Source: Octopus sinensis (taxonomy: Eukaryota). Taken from it: a stretch of 11,471 nt of DNA. The DNA is taken from assembly GCF_006345805.1 (NCBI RefSeq), contig NW_021826989.1:1-11471 (forward strand), read 5' to 3'. Below the pieces are notes generated by a model. That model was not told where the DNA came from, made no database searches, and saw nothing but the letters and a program-made list of their open reading frames with translations. The translations under genes were made by a program, and so were the position numbers. Below are positions 9,434-11,471 of this stretch, in pieces; within the stretch, counting starts at the first letter, position 1; the number at the start of each line of letters is the position of its first letter.

Positions 9434-9473
9434 GAAACAGACATGTTTCGGTGTTATTTAACCGCCTCAGCGC
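9434..9473 (-). ncRNA. Degenerate minimal type I hammerhead ribozyme motif (Penelope-like-element style)
   Basis: Minus strand: GCG-CTGAGGC-GGT-TAAATAAC-ACC-GAAAC-AT-GTC-TGT. The core matches CUGAnGA/GAAA/GUC except A9 to C; stem II is GGU/ACC, stem III is the palindrome ACAUGU, and stem I is a weak 3 bp (two G-U). Confidence 0.4.
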
Positions 9474-9523
9474 AACATATTCATCTCAGTCGGCAAGACT
9501 TGCGTGTTATCAGTATATATAAA

Positions 9524-9719
9524 AGGCACAGGCATAGCATTGAGCTAAAGAAACTCGCTTAGTAACCACGTGGTTTCAGGTTCCGTCCCATTGTGTGACA
9601 CATTGGACAAGTTTCCTTTACTATCACCCCAGGCCAACTAATGCTATGTGAATAAATTTGTTAGATGAAAACTGTATGGAAACCTGTTACATGTGTATAA
9701 ATATAAATGTGTGTGTGTG
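9524..9719 (+). mobile_element. SINE family A, highly diverged 5' half A9
   Basis: AGGCACAGGCATAGC...AACCACGTGGTTTCAGGTTCCGTCCCATTGTGTGACACATTGGACAAGTT...CCAGGCCAACTAATGC...GATGAAAACTG aligns with A4/A7 and ends in the internal TG repeat. Confidence 0.8.
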
Positions 9720-9722
9720 CCC

Positions 9723-9850
9723 TTTCGACCCCGAAAGGATGAAAGGCAAAGTCGACCTCGGCGGAATTTGAACTTAGAACGTAGCGGCAGACGAAATACT
9801 GCTAAGCGTTTCACCCGGCGCGCTAATGATTCTGCCAGCTCGCCGCCTTC
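9723..9850 (-). mobile_element. tRNA-derived SINE family C (octopus), 5' half
   Basis: Minus strand GAAGGCGGCGAGCTGGCAGAATCATTAGCGCGCCGGG...CTAAGTTCAAATTCCGCCGAGGTCGACTTTGCCTTTCATCCTTTCGGGGTCGA has A/B boxes and a central motif I recall from widespread animal SINEs. Confidence 0.9.
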
Positions 9851-9912
<62 letters not shown>

Positions 9913-9916
9913 GACG

Positions 9917-9945
<29 letters not shown>
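9851..9945. repeat. (AAT)n-(GAT/GAC)-(TAC)n compound microsatellite
   Basis: Direct reading: AAT to ~9903, TAC from ~9919 to 9945. Confidence 0.97.
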
Positions 9946-9947
<2 letters not shown>

Positions 9948-10001
9948 GGGGTCGATTTTGTCTTGCATCGGGACCTTGGGCCAAAAGATTCAAAGCCGTT
10001 A
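9945..10001 (+). mobile_element. Internally deleted SINE family C remnant
   Basis: CTCGGGGTCGATTTTGTCTTGCATC matches the reverse complement of 9738-9762 at 19/25 (hand count). The following GGACCTTGGGCCAAAAGATT resembles the family C 3' end as I recall it. Confidence 0.6.
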
Positions 10002-10088
10002 TCATCATCATCCTCATGATCCTCCTTCTCCTCCTCCTCCTCCTCCTCATCATCATCATCATCATCATTATTATTATTATTATCATCG

Positions 10089-10122
<34 letters not shown>

Positions 10123-10174
10123 TATTATTATTATTATTATTATCATCGTCATCATCATCATCATCATCATCATC

Positions 10175-10236
<62 letters not shown>

Positions 10237-10241
10237 CATCG

Positions 10242-10275
<34 letters not shown>

Positions 10276-10328
10276 CATTATTATTATTGTTATTATTATT
10301 ATCATCATCATCCTCATCATCATCGTCG

Positions 10329-10380
<52 letters not shown>

Positions 10381-10383
10381 CAT
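10001..10383. repeat. Compound (ATC)/(CTC)/(ATT) array with higher-order periodicity
   Basis: Unit (ATT)n-ATC-ATC-GTC-(ATC)n with GTC markers at 10088, 10148, 10241 and 10325/10328. Confidence 0.95.
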
Positions 10384-10587
10384 GCCAGTGTCCTCCTGAT
10401 TAGGTGGCTTCAATCAAAGACATTTTATGTCTACTTCAGCGAATGAAGAACTCCTTTTCTTCCTCTTTGATGTTCAACAAATATACAATATACCAGAGAG
10501 AAATACCAAATGAAATTCTTCACAACGGATTTTACACACAGTTTTGCCTTAGTGTTTTTATTAATTTTTTATTTTTTTCTTCGCGTC

Positions 10588-10642
10588 GTTGTTGTTGTTG
10601 CTGGTGGTGGTGTTGGTGGTGGTGTTGGTGGTGTTATTGTTG
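10588..10642. repeat. (GTT/GGT)n degenerate repeat
   Basis: Direct reading. Confidence 0.85.
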
Positions 10643-10789
10643 CTTTTTAGATTCTTTTTGTTTTTCATATTATTTCTTTCTTCTTTCTTCTTTTTTTTCT
10701 GTAATATTTCTGTCCACAGCAGGGTGTCTGTGTGATTAACTTAAGCTCTTCATTTTTCTTTTTTAATATTGTCATCACCATTGACAACG

Positions 10790-10790
<1 letters not shown>

Positions 10791-10822
<32 letters not shown>

Positions 10823-11030
10823 AAGTCATAGTTATTATTGTTGCTGCTGTTGTGATTGTTATTGCAAATATCATCATCGTCATCAACATCATCAACATCA
10901 TTATTATCATCATCATTTTCAATAACAACAGCAGCAACATTATTGTTACTAATACCATTAATAGGGTTGTTGTTGTTGTTGATGATGATGTTATCAATAT
11001 GATGATGACGATGATTATTATTATTATTAC

Positions 11031-11067
<37 letters not shown>

Positions 11068-11075
11068 GTTATTAC

Positions 11076-11108
<33 letters not shown>

Positions 11109-11120
11109 TACTACTACTAC

Positions 11121-11151
<31 letters not shown>

Positions 11152-11160
11152 GTTATTACT

Positions 11161-11243
<83 letters not shown>
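10791..11243. repeat. (CAG)n followed by degenerate ATC/GTT and long (ATT)n array
   Basis: CAG run 10791-10821, mixed triplets to ~11020, then near-pure ATT with ACT/GTT variants to 11243. Confidence 0.95.
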
Positions 11244-11359
11244 TCTTACATTTTGGTGGTAGCGGGTGGTTATCACTCTGGTATTAAAAGGCGGACAGTA
11301 AAAGATGGCGAACACTGCTGCTGTTTCAAATGAAGATTGAGGTAGAAGAGCAAGCGAGC

Positions 11360-11400
11360 GAGAGAGAGAGAGAGAGAAAGAAAGAGAGACAAGTATACAT

Positions 11401-11462
<62 letters not shown>

Positions 11463-11471
11463 TATATATAA
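11360..11471. repeat. (GA)n, (CA)n, (TA)n compound microsatellite
   Basis: Direct reading; runs off the window end. Confidence 0.95.

Noticed and set aside
10404-10739. 111-aa ORF starting in unique sequence
   Set aside because: No recognisable motif, the 3' half is repeat-derived, and there is no splice or homology evidence.

Overview
Repeat-saturated eukaryotic genomic DNA, almost certainly from an octopus. I base this on recognising three tRNA-derived SINE families from memory, not on a database search; they are called families A, B and C here. Roughly half the window is simple or compound microsatellite. It also holds about 13 SINE copies or fragments, a 5'-truncated R4/Dong-like LINE 3' end sitting in a (TAA)n array, and a probable Helitron-like 5' end. 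I find no credible protein-coding gene: essentially all listed ORFs are read-throughs of stop-free repeats or SINEs. The only recognisable coding remnant is the 13-aa LINE C-terminus at 6952-6993 (-). Best non-obvious signals: (1) a near-complete minimal hammerhead-ribozyme motif on the minus strand at 9434-9473; (2) a promoter-like ETS/CCAAT cluster followed by a well-formed 48-nt non-coding exon at 6261-6308, suggesting the 5' end of a + strand gene; (3) two inverted SINE pairs able to form long dsRNA; (4) a chimeric A-head/B-tail mini-SINE; (5) a 20-nt signature shared by three separate G-rich triplet arrays. I cannot support a claim of a wholly new biological system from this sequence alone.
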